Source of the DNA: Leucoraja erinacea
Lineage: Eukaryota
Assembly (NCBI RefSeq): GCF_028641065.1
Contig: NC_073384.1
Location: forward strand, 48,050,001 to 48,114,000
Direction: 5' to 3'
DNA: 64,000 nt
Both the position numbers and the translations under genes were made by a program. Position 1 is the first letter of the stretch. Every line of letters begins with the position of its first letter. Positions 12,693-23,550 of the stretch are shown here, piece by piece. The notes under the pieces were generated by a model that worked only from the letters and a program-made list of their open reading frames with translations, was not told the DNA's origin and ran no database searches.

Positions 12693-13109
12693 TGTACTTC
12701 TACACTTCTGTAATTAATTAAGAAAAAGCTTTGCCTGAGATTAATTTCCTCTATTTCTGCTTTGGAGTCTACGAACCTTTTTTTAATTTCTCAAAATATT
12801 GTAGCTATTGATGAGATTTAAATATTGTGTGAATGATTCTTATCAAAAACATAATTATTAATTTAAAATGATATTCGTGTGATGTCAACAGTTTTAGCAT
12901 GCACTATTTACCCTTTTTGCTGACTAAGTGGGTCCATCCATTTTTTTCAGATTCATAATTTACTTTTCAAATTATCAAATGTCCAGATATTGGAAGCTTG
13001 TGACTTTGAGTGATTAGGTATTTAAATTAGAAAAAAAGATTGATCCAATCTTGGGAAAAGGATCTCAATATTGCCTTTCGTCGTCATTGCTTCTTCATGT
13101 TATTTGGTG

Positions 13110-13660
13110 ATAATGTTCAAGGCATAAGTAGTAAGTTTGCAGATGACACTAAAGTGGATGGCATTGTAGATAGCAAAGATGGTTACAGTAGGATCTTGAC
13201 CAGTTGGGCCAGTGGGCGGATGAATAGATAATGGGGTTTATTGCAGATAAATGTGAGATGTTGCATTTTGGAACGTCAAACAAGGGCAGGACATTCACAG
13301 TGAACGGTGGGGCTCTGGGGAGTGATGTAGAGCTAAAGGATCTAGGAATGCAGGTACATAGTTCCTTGGAAATGGTGTCACATGTAGATAAGGTGGTCAG
13401 AAATGCTTTTGGCACATTGGCCTTCAACAGTCAAAGTGATTAATAGGAACCTGGGAGGCAACTTTTTCACCCAGATGGTGGTGGGTATATGGAATGAACT
13501 GCCAGAGGAGGTAGTTGAGACGGGTACTATAACAACATTTAGAAGACATTTGGACAGGTACATGGATAGGAAAGATTTAGAGGGATAAAGGCCAAATACA
13601 GGTGGGGCATCTTGATTGGCATGGACACATCTGTTGGCCTGTTTCCGTGCTGTATGACTG
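13110..13660 (+). mobile_element. CR1 LINE fragment with internal deletion
   Basis: SKFADDTKV.GIVDS, DKCE.LHFG, then jumps to GNFFTQ.VVGIWNELPEEVV and the 3' tail. Confidence 0.85.
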
Positions 13661-14267
13661 ACTGTGTTTTAATAACCTTTCATATATTGTAATATTCAGT
13701 GAAAATAAATGTTGTATTTGTATATTATTGTGTGTTTAATACTTGTATCTCTGTGTGGACTTCAACATTTCTTATTGCAACCTCTGAGATAATTCTGAAG
13801 TCTCTGAATCTTGTGATTTAATAATAAGATACCGTATCATGGACTTATTGGGAGAAATTCCTTCCATGAACATTATCTGTGTTTAGAACTTATTAAAATT
13901 GACAAATGGATCATTATAAAAAGCCCCTTTTGAAATAGTTTAAAAGGCGAGAAAAATAATGCCCTTTCATGTTGTATACTTGTGTTATCAGTTGTGGCTT
14001 AGTCTTCCTTTGTGTCTTCATCAAGCAATCCAAGGAAGTAACCTTGCATTTTATATGCCCAGATAGATTCATATTCGTTACACAAAGATTACATGGACCC
14101 ATTCAGAAGAAAATGAAATGGCCTTCCTTTGCATATGGATTTTCACTGTTCAGGGATAAAATGTATTTTCGGAATGTAAAATAATAATAATCTACAGGCG
14201 CTGGCGATCTGAAATTAGAGCAAATTGTGCTGGAAGTTCTCAGCGGGCCAGGCAGCATCTATTTAGC

Positions 14268-14531
14268 TTATTTTAGTTTAGAGGTACAAAGTCCACCGAG
14301 TCCACACCGACCTACAATATCCCTGTACACTAGTTCTATCCTATAGGTTTGGGATAAATCCAATTAACCTACATCTTTGGAATGTGGGAGGAAACCGGAG
14401 CACCTGGAGAAAACCCAGGCGGTCACAGGGAGAACGTGCAAACTGTGTACAGACAGCTTCCATGGTCAGGATCAAACTAGGGTCTCTGGCGCTGTAAGGC
14501 AGCAGTTCTGCTATTGCACCACTATGCCGCC
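14268..14531 (-). mobile_element. HE1/V-SINE-type SINE
   Basis: TGTGGGAGGAAACCGGAGCACC..., GGGTCTCTGGCGCTGTAAGGCAGC. Confidence 0.8.
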
Positions 14532-14647
14532 CAAAATAAAGAGCGTGGCTGTTTATCAGAACCAATGACCTGACTCCATCATTCCACAATTGCCATGATT
14601 CTCCATTTTTTTCAAACTAATTTGTGTTCGTTTTCTTTTCTAAATAG

Positions 14648-14757
14648 GTTTGGGCAATTGGAGAGTATTTCAAATACCAGCTTCTCCAGTCAAGGCATAG
14701 AGGTGCATTTGAGTTGGCTTATGTTGGATTTATAAAACTGACCGAAATGTTCACCAG
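14648..14757 (+). CDS. THADA: THADA internal coding exon (110 bp)
   Basis: Pyrimidine tract + taaatag|GTT...ACCAG|gtaagt. Translates VWAIGEYFKYQLLQSRHRGAFELAYVGFIKLTEMFT(R), the SRHRGAFE motif of THADA/Trm732 (DUF2428 region). Ends in phase 2. Confidence 0.95.
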
Positions 14758-15337
14758 GTAAGTGTCAGCTGATCATCATTTTTCAGTAGAACAATGTGTT
14801 CCACATAGTAATTGCAATCAACAGCAGGCAACTGAGAGACTGGCTGATTTGAACCTCAGAAGTAACACCAAAATAGCACTTCACACATTGCTTCTGTGAG
14901 GCACATTGTGGCCTCCCACGCTAAGCCAAAGTCACAGCTGCAGGGTGAAGAATGAAGTCAGCACAGAAACGACAGCATTGTGCAAGCTTAATTCAAATGG
15001 GAGAATCAAGTTGACATTTATGTTTCTGCTCAGTTTGTTTCTAGTAGTTGGCCAGAAGCCTGATTACACCAAATCTGAGGAAAAATCAAAGAGAATTACT
15101 TGGTCATAAATTAAAAAAAAACCATGAAATGCTAGAAACACACGGCAGGGCAGACAGCATCTGTGAAAAGAGAAACTTTTTTTTTTAACAATAAACTTGG
15201 ACATGTTCATTCTTTCTCCCAAACTATGCCCCGTTCTTCACTCGAGCAGTCAGATTGCTGTACCAGTCTATCTTCTAAAAACTTTTGCAAACCTGGAGAT
15301 ACAAAGGCAATCCATCTCAGCAGTGGTTTGTACTTGA

Positions 15338-15656
15338 TGGCCCTGTCCCACTGTACGAGTTCATTCAAGAGCTCTCCCGAGTTTAAAAAAAAAAATCAAA
15401 CTCGTGGTAAGCACGTAGAATGAACATAGCGGGTACGTCGGAGCTCGGGGACGTCTCTTAACGGCTCTTAACGCTAACGGCAGGTACTCGGGAAACGCGG
15501 TAAGCTCGGGAAGATGTGAAGATTTTTCGACATGTTGAAAAATGTGCACGAGAGCCCCCAGTACCGACGAGCGGCCATTACCATAAATCTCCAAGTTCGA
15601 ATCAGGGCAAACTCGGGAGAACTCTTTGAATGAACTCGTACAGTGGGACAGGGCTT
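15338..15656. mobile_element. MITE, PIF/Harbinger-type
   Basis: TIRs GCCCTGTCCCACTGTACGAGTTCATTCAA / TTGAATGAACTCGTACAGTGGGACAGGGC; flanks TGA/TAA. Confidence 0.75.
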
Positions 15657-15827
15657 TAACTTAGAATCTAAGTTTAATATTGCAGCTATAGTTGCTCTTC
15701 CCTTTCTTGGACGAGATTGGTGTCCTCCACCTTATTCCTTTCCCCCACATTTGTAGAGTGAGGAAAATGAGAGCTGCAGTTCGTAGGGCATAGTGTAAAT
15801 GAACTTGGCCACTCTTGAATATTTTTA

Positions 15828-15928
15828 TCTATATTACTAAAAGTCTGTTCTTGACCGGTTTTGGCCATCTGTGCTGCGATTTCCGAGAGAACGCCGCCAC
15901 CTACGGCCGTCATTTTGGCCACCTTGCT
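15828..15928 (+). mobile_element. Probable Helitron-like 5' end
   Basis: A|TCTATATTACTAAAAG start resembles the 8088 start (TCTCTATACTTATAAAA). No CTAG 3' end seen. Confidence 0.4.
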
Positions 15929-16356
15929 AATGTCTATTGGTTCTGCAAAAAAATGTCTATTGGTTCTAAAGCTTGCAAAAAAAGTGTCTCTATTGGTTCT
16001 AAAGCTTGCAAAAAGTGTCTATTGGTTCTAAAGCTTGCAAAAAAATGTCTATTGGTTCTAAAGCTTGCAAAAACATGTCTATTGGTTCTAAAGCTTGCAA
16101 AAAAATGTCTATTGGTTCTAAAGCTTGCAAAAATGTCTATTGGTTCTCTAAAGGTTCTTGCAAAAAATGTCTATTGGTTCTAAAGCTTGCAAAACATGTC
16201 TATTGGTTCTAAAGCTTGCAAAAAAATGTCTATTGGTTCTAAAGCTTGCAAAAAAATGTCTATTGGTTCTAAAGCTTGCAAAAAAATGTCTATTGGTTCT
16301 AAAGCTTGCAAAAAAGTGTCTAATGGTTCTAAAGCTTGCAAAAAATGTCTATTGGT
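15929..16356. repeat. Minisatellite, ~14 copies of ~30 bp AATGTCTATTGGTTCTAAAGCTTGCAAAAA
   Basis: Direct inspection; produces the repetitive MSIGSKACKK / KCLLVLKLAK ORFs. Confidence 0.95.
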
Positions 16357-16590
16357 GACTATTTGCATCCCGTGGCACAGTTTTCAAGCAAAGAATTTCA
16401 CTGTGACTTGTCACATGTGGCAATAAAGTATTAAATTCAATTCAACTTTAATGACTTGCTTTACATCCTCATTAATATTGGGAAGATTAAAACTATTGTT
16501 GGCTGAAGCCAAATCTATTTGAGTCTGAAGAAGGGTCTCAACCCAAAATGGCACCTATCCATGTTCTCTAGGAATGTAGCCTGAGTTACT

Positions 16591-17467
16591 TACAGGGTTT
16601 TACACGATTTCCTTTATTGTCATTCAGACCGAAGTCTGAACAAAATTTCGTGCCTGCAGTCATACATACATACAATACAATAAAAAACAACAATAAACAC
16701 ATGTTAAGATCCACCACAGTGAGTCCACCTAGCACCTCCTCACTGTGATGGAGGCAAAAAGTCTTAGGGCTGCAGTCTCTTCCCCCCTCTTCTCCCTCTG
16801 CGCTGAGGCGATACCCCACCGGGCAATGTTAAAACAGTCCCGCGGCTCAATCACCGCGGCCCGAGGTGGTAGAAGCTGCCGTCCACCAGTCCTGCCGACG
16901 CAGCCGCTGGCTCGCGGCCGAACCCCGGACTCAGGTCACCGCCGCCAAAACGCCGTCCCAGCCACCGGAGCACCGTTCCAGCCCCGAGCCGGATCGCGCT
17001 CACGTAAGTACCGTTCAGCCTCGCACCAGGCCGCCCCGACATGGGCACCGCTCCTCCCTCGGGCTGGGCCGCCCCGACATGGGCGCCGCTCCTCCCTCGG
17101 GCTGGGAGCGCCGTACCTCCCCGAGCTCGGCCACTCCGACGGGAGCACCGTTACTCCCTCGTGCTGGCCGCCCTCACGGGATCGTCACAGCCCCTCACGG
17201 AAGCCCTGTTCCAGCCCTGAGCCAGACCGTCCTCACGTCAGCGAGCTCAGGGCGAGTCCTGGCAGGCTCTGCCTCCTGAGCCTCGAGGTCGCCAGCTCCG
17301 CCATTAGGCCTCAGTGCAGACGGAGGCAGAGAGGGGATACGACAGCAAGTCGCATTCCCCCCCGAGACAGCAAGCCCCCCCCCCCCCCCCCCCCCCCCCA
17401 AAACACAAACTAAAAAACAAAAACTAGACTAACCAAAACGAAAAAAAACAACACCAAAAAGCAAAAA
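16591..17467 (-). mobile_element. GC-rich non-autonomous retroelement with Rex/Babar-like tail
   Basis: Minus-strand 3' end ...GAAATTTTGTTCAGAC...AATGACAATAAAGG; CpG-rich body with tandem duplications; splits a Penelope-derived element. Confidence 0.6.
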
Positions 17468-18276
17468 CAGCACTTTGTGTCCTTGTGGCTATTAACCAGC
17501 ATCTGCATTCCTTTGTTTCTACTATACCCGGTCGAGTTCTCAAGACCTGTGCGGACCAACTGGCGGGAGTTTTTGTGGACATTTTCAACCTCTCACTTCT
17601 GAGGTCTGAAGTTCCCACCTGCTTTAAGAGGGCATCAATAATACCCGTGCCCAAGAAGAGTAAGGTGACGTGCCTCAATGACTACTTGTACCAGTGGCAC
17701 TAATGTCTGGTGATGAAGTGCTTTGAGAGGTTGGTTATGGTGCACATCAACTCCTACCTCGACAAGAACCTCGGCCAACTGCAGTTCGCTTACCGCCACA
17801 ACAGTTCAATGGTAGATGCAATTTCACTGTCTCTCCACTCCGCACTGGACCACTTGGACAATAAAAACACCTACGTGAGGCTGTTGTTTATAGACTACAG
17901 CTGGCGTTTAATACCATCATCCCTTCCAAGCTGGTTACCAAGCTCATGGGACTTGGCGCATCCCTCTGCAATTAAATCCTCAACTTCCTCATCCACAGAC
18001 CACAGTCTGTTTGAATTGGAGGAACCACTTCATCCTCAGTAACAATTAGTACGGGAGCATCACAATGCTGCGTGCTCAGCCCCTTGCTTTACTCGCTCTA
18101 TACCAATGGCTGTGTAGCCAGTCATAGTGCAAACTCCATCATCAAGTTTGCCGATCACACCACTGCGGTTGGACGAATCACAGATGGGGACAAGTCAGAG
18201 TATAGAAGTGAGATCGACCGACTGACCAAATGGTGCCAGCACAACAACCTGGCTCTCAACATCAGTAAGACCAAGG

Positions 18277-19116
18277 TGCCGTGGCCATTTGGCTTGTTTT
18301 GCGTGTCATTAATGATGGCATGTGTCTTTAAATTTTAGACTGCCCGTTATATTGTGGGTGGGATTTAGACAATAGACAATAGGTGCAGGAGTAGGCCATT
18401 TGGCCCTTCGAGCCAGCACCGCCATTCAATGTGATCATGGCTGATCATCCCCAATTAGTACCCCGTTCCTGCCTTCTCCCCATATCCCCTGACTGCTATT
18501 TTTAAGGGCCCTATCTAGCTCTCTTGAAAGCATCCAGAGAACCTGCCTCCACCGCCTCTGAGGCAGAGAATTCCACAGAGTCACCACTCTCTGTGAGCAA
18601 AAACGTTTCCTCGTTTCCGTTCTAAATGGTTATATTCTTAAACTGTGGCCCCTGGTTCTGGACTCCCCCAACATCGGGAACATGTTTCCTGCCTCTAGCG
18701 TGTCCAAACCCTTAACAATCTTATATGTTTCTGATCTGACGTATTTTTGGGCTATGTATCTTGTGCAGAAGCTTAGTTTTTAGTTTAGTTTGGAACGAGC
18801 ATGGAGAAGGTTTACCCTTCGACCATGCAAAGTGTAATGGAGACACGAGGAGTTTTCTAATGTTTAAAGCGATAAGCTGGAGTTCGATGAAGATTATAGT
18901 AACAACTCGGAAGAAGTTTGAATGTACCTTATTGTTTTCATCAACAATGAAGAATTTATTAATCTAAAGACTGTTTTGGAAGACTTATCTATGAAGAAGC
19001 TCTGAAGGTCTCTGATGGTGAGCTCGCGTGTGTACGGAGACATTCCTCTTAACCACGCAGTCCATTTACCGCTAGAGGGACTAATCTCTTGAACGATATA
19101 AACATCTGCTGCTACA
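18277..19116. mobile_element. Putative solo LTR
   Basis: TG...CA termini with 5-bp TSD CAAGG (18272-18276, 19117-19121); ~470 bp after removing the nested CR1. Confidence 0.7.
18366..18731 (-). mobile_element. CR1 3' fragment nested in the solo LTR
   Basis: Reverse complement of the 5880-6257 sequence, with (TAGACAA)n tail. Confidence 0.88.
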
Positions 19117-19580
19117 CAAGGAACTGATTGTGGACTTTGGTAGGGGAAGGATGAGGACCCACAATCCTGTTTATATCAACGGGACGATGGTGGAGAGGGT
19201 CAATAACTTCAAATTCCTGGGCGTGCATATATCAGAAGATCTTTCCTGGACCCAGCACACCGATGCAATTGTAAAGAAGGCACATCAGCGACTCTACGCC
19301 CTGAGAAGATTACGGAGATTCGACATGGCGAAGAGGATTCTCCTAAATTTCTACAGGTGCACGGTAGAGAACATTCTGACTGGTTGCATCGTGGCCCGGT
19401 TCGGCAACTTGAACGTCCAGCAGTGAAAAAAGACTACAAAAAGTTGTGACCACTGCCCAGTCCATCACCGGCTTTGACCTCCCCACCATCGAAGGGATCT
19501 ATCGTAGTCGCTGCTTAAAAAAGGCAGCCAAAATCATCAAGGACCCACACCATTCTGGTCACACACTCATTTCACCATTG

Positions 19581-20078
19581 AAGTATCGGAGGCTGCTGCT
19601 GCGGGTCTGCGGACAGCGGCGCCGGGAGCCCGCGGATCCCTGGAGAGAGACCGCTTTTCGGGGCTCCTGCAACGGCGAATTCTCCCGCCCGAGTTGCGGG
19701 GTCGAAGAGCTCCTGGAGCGGGGCCTAACACCATTGCCCCGCGCGGCTGGAACGGCCGCGGGACTTTACGAGCGCACACTGGGGGCTCCAACACCAAGAC
19801 CCGGTGTGCGACCTCGCACCACCCGGCGTGGCTTTAAGCCGCGGGAAATCGCCATCGCCAAGGGGCTTTGACTTTGACTCTGACATCGGGGGGGGGGAGA
19901 GTGCAGGGGAGGGATAAGTTTTTTTTGGCCTTCCATCACAGCTATGTGATGGAGGTTTATGTAAAATGTAATTTTGTTGTGGCTGGGTCTATTTGTGTGT
20001 AATGTATGGCTGCAGAAACGGCATTTCGTTTGGGCCTCTAGGGGTCCAAATGACAATTAAATTGACTCTTGACTCTTG
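19581..20078 (+). mobile_element. GC-rich non-autonomous retroelement
   Basis: TSD ATTG (19577-19580, 20079-20082); ends AATGACAATTAAATT(GACTCTT)2G, the same tail repeat as the host Rex/Babar. Confidence 0.7.
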
Positions 20079-20816
20079 ATTGCCATCAGGAATAAGGTAC
20101 AGGAGCCTGAAAACTGTAACGCCCAGGTTCAGGAACTGCTTCTTCCCCACAGCCATCAGACATTTAAACACAATAAATAAGCTATAAGCTCTGAACTGCA
20201 AAAGACTATATTATTATTTGTTATTTATTGAACTTTTTCTTTTAACCCCCGTTATATACAATGTTTACCTATTCACATATTCTGTAGTGCTGCAGCAAGT
20301 AAGGATTGCATTGTCCCGTCCGGGACATATGACAATAAAACACTCTTGACTCTTGACTCTTGACGTCTGTTTACTTGCTACTGATTCAATCCCTCTCTTT
20401 GATCATTATCTAGACAGAGTCAGATGGTTAGCACGTGTAGCACCAATCATGGGTAGATGATCAATGTTGACCCTTCTTATCTCTATTCAATACTTGTTTA
20501 ATGACTCTCTTTACTGTAAATTTCATTTTTATTTGGGAATAATGTCCAACAGTTCCTCATAACAAGGACTTAAGAATCAACTCTAGAGAGAAGGAATGGG
20601 GGGACGTTTCGGGTCGAGACCCTTCTCTCCAGAGATGCTGCATGTCCCACTGAGTTACTCCAGCTTTTTGTGCCTATCTTCGGTTTAAACCAGCATTTGC
20701 AGTTGCTTCTGACACACATAAGAAGTTCACCCCTTTGGGGGTGAAAAATGCAGGGGGAGAATATTAGCAGCCAATAGTAAACATGCAAATGTTGTTATGT
20801 TTTGCCTTATTTCTAG

Positions 20817-20949
20817 ATGCAACAACAGTGATCTGCAGAAATTAACTCTACAATGGCTAGAAGAAGTTCTACAGGAAATTAAGTCCAGTGCCCCGTCATC
20901 CAAGCTGTGTGCCACCAGGCGCAGTGCTGGGATCCCGTTTTACATTCAG
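20817..20949 (+). CDS. THADA: THADA internal coding exon (133 bp)
   Basis: ttctag|A TGC...ATTCAG|gtaagg. First base completes AGA from the previous exon. CNNSDLQKLTLQWLEEVLQEIKSSAPSSKLCATRRSAGIPFYIQ contains the conserved TRRSAG(I/L)P motif. Confidence 0.96.
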
Positions 20950-21597
20950 GTAAGGAAGGGCTGGTGTTTGCAACTGCGCTGGGTTCAGCATGGCTTTGTC
21001 AAGGGCAGATCCTGTCTGACCAATCTGAGGGAATTTGGCTTGAAGTTGTAACAAAATGTATTGTCGAGGGCAGTACATGTGGTTTGCCTGAACTTTAGGA
21101 GGGCTTTTGGAACATTTCCTCATAGTTTTGTTTCAATAAATACCATTTTAATTTGGTAAATGTAGCGGAGCATCTAGATTCAGGGACAGTTTCTTCCCAG
21201 CTGTTATCAGACAACTGAATCATCCAACCACAATCAAGGAGCAGTGCTGAACTACTCCCCACCTCTTTGATGACTCTCGGACTATCCTTGATTGGACTTT
21301 GCTGGCTTTACCTTGCACTAAATGTTATTCTCTTATCATGTATCTATACACTGTAAATGGGTCGATTGTAATCATGTATTGTCTTTCTGCTGACTTGTTA
21401 GCAACAAAAGCTTTTCACTGTACCTTGGTACACTTGACAATGATCTAAACTAAAGATTTTTTTTTAAACTTTCCATATTAGGCAAAGCTGGTAAGAATAA
21501 GGAGGAGAACTGTTTACTGGGGAGAATGGACCGAACACAAGATGAATATCACAGAAGGATATTTCATATTGTCATGCTTTATATTTCTTCCTTGCAG

Positions 21598-21729
21598 GCC
21601 TTGGTGTCTTCTGAGCCGAAATGTTCTAACATGGGTTTTCTCAAGCTGACGATGAATGAATTGATCGCACTTTCCATGCCAGCAGTGCCATTAGCCGGCT
21701 CCCAGGATGAACACACCACCATTCCACAG
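21598..21729 (+). CDS. THADA: THADA internal coding exon (132 bp)
   Basis: cttgcag|GCC...CCACAG|gtagag, phase 0/0. ALVSSEPKCSNMGFLKLTMNELIALSMPAVPLAGSQDEHTTIPQ. Confidence 0.92.
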
Positions 21730-22339
21730 GTAGAGAGGATGCTGCAGCATTTAATTGTGATGCTTGTTAACAGTGTAATCTGAATTATCGTCATTGCTGA
21801 GGTAGCTTTAAGCACCGATAAAGGAAGGAGAATTATTTGTTAGGGAGGCTACCACACAAAGCCAGCACCGCCATTCAATATGGTCATGGCTGATCATCCA
21901 AAATCAGTACCCCGTTCCTGCTTTTCCCCCCTATTCTTTGATTCTCGAGCCCTATGAGCTATATTTACCTCTCTCAGGAAATTTGAATGATGAAAGAAGT
22001 TTTGTCTCCCTTTGTTTGTAACGCTGTGATCTCATAGGTTAATTTGCACCATGGCTGTCCACAACGCAGCTAAAACGGTTTAAAAACAATATCTCTACAT
22101 GTTTCATGTTTAGAGCTATTGTCAAGTGACTCCAAGACAAATGGCTCTTCGTGATTAAATTGAACGCAAGATTAGTTACAGGTGCTGAGTACTTGGCAGA
22201 CACCAAGGGGAAAGGTGTTGTGAACAGCCTTGCACGATTTTTAAAAATGCAAGGCGATATAATTTTGTTTTTAAGAAGTTATTTGTTATTCTCTGAATAC
22301 TGCTGTGCTCAGTACCATAGATGAGTACGTTGAATTGGA

Positions 22340-23000
22340 AGCCCAGATTCAAAACATTTTGAGGTGATGCAGGAAGTATACTGTGGATATATGTGAAGTT
22401 ATCCAGTTTGGTAGGTTTAAAAACAAAAGACAGAATATTATTTAAATGGTGAGATATTGGGAAAGGGATCATGGTAGCCTCCTGCAGCAGTAACAAAAAA
22501 ACAAACATGCAGGTACAGCAAACAGTTAAGGCAATTGGTATGTTGGCCGTTATGGAAGAGGTTTGAATACAGGCATAAGTATGTCTTGTGACTATTATAT
22601 GGAGTCTAGGATAAACCACACCTGAGATATTGTGGGCACTTTTGGGTCTCCTTACACAAGAAAGGATATACTTGGCGAAGAAAGAGTGGTAAGAGTTCAT
22701 CAGCCTGATATTCTAGTGTAGCAGGGCTGCCACGCTGTTTAACTTGGCTTGTATCCACCAAAGTTTAGAAGAATGAGAGAGGGTCTCATAGAAGATTGTC
22801 ATGGGACCAGACAGGTTGGATCGGGTGAGGATTTCTACTGGTCAGAGAACTAGAACAAGGAGTTATAGTGTGCGGACACCGGGTAAAAAAAAGTTCGGAC
22901 TGTGATGAAACTAAATGTCTTAATTCAGAGAGTGGAGAGCGTGTCTCGTTGCTACCGCATAGGTTGCTGAATATACTGAATATAGACAGTAAAAACAACA
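22340..23000 (+). mobile_element. Old degenerate CR1 fragment
   Basis: Decayed equivalents of 5400-6100 (GMLA.., PHL.YC..FWSP, FRRMR). Confidence 0.65.
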
Positions 23001-23225
23001 CACTCCAGGCTTTGGTGATGCTGGACCTCCAAATCGTCTGGGTTATTGAATATTACTTCTATTAAAGACCCCGTGGAAAACAGAGCCAGGCGAGCCAGAT
23101 GTTGGACTGTCGGGTTTTGTGAACAATCAGATAGAAGTGCAGGCACTTAGGTAAGGATTACAGATGTGGCAATGGAAGCAATTGCTTATCAATTTTAATA
23201 TCCACGATAAAATAGCAGCTGTATT

Positions 23226-23550
23226 TAGTTTTTTTAGTTTAATTTAGAGATGTAGTGCGGAAAAACAGGCCCTTCAGTCCACCGGGTCTGCGCCGACCAG
23301 CGATCCCTGCACATTAACACTATCCTACACCCACCAGGGACAATTTTTACATTTACCAAGCCAATTAACCTACAAACCCGTATGTCTTTGGAATGTGGGA
23401 GGAAACGGAAGATCGTGGAGAAAACCCATGCAGGTCACGGGGAGAACGTACAAACTCCGTACAGACAGCACCCTTAGTCAGGATCGAACCTGGTTCTCCT
23501 GCGCTGCATTCGCTTTAAGGCAGCAATTCTAACGCCACGCCACTGTGACC
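23226..23550 (-). mobile_element. HE1/V-SINE-type SINE
   Basis: Near full-length reverse-complement copy. Confidence 0.85.

Larger units (their letters stand above)
17524..20364 (+). mobile_element. Rex1/Babar LINE (5'-truncated) in three pieces: 17524-18276, 19117-19580, 20079-20364
   Basis: [44 protein letters not shown]|KELIVDF, FKFLGVHI, DPHHSGH; (GACTCTT)n tail. Confidence 0.9.

Noticed and set aside
15929-16356. CRISPR-like array or repetitive protein ORFs
   Set aside because: Units are head-to-tail with no unique spacers, the context is eukaryotic, and the ORFs are by-products of the minisatellite.
16745-17413. 222-aa and overlapping GC-rich ORFs (also 49606-50341)
   Set aside because: Open in several frames on both strands because of high GC; no domain; inside a repeat.
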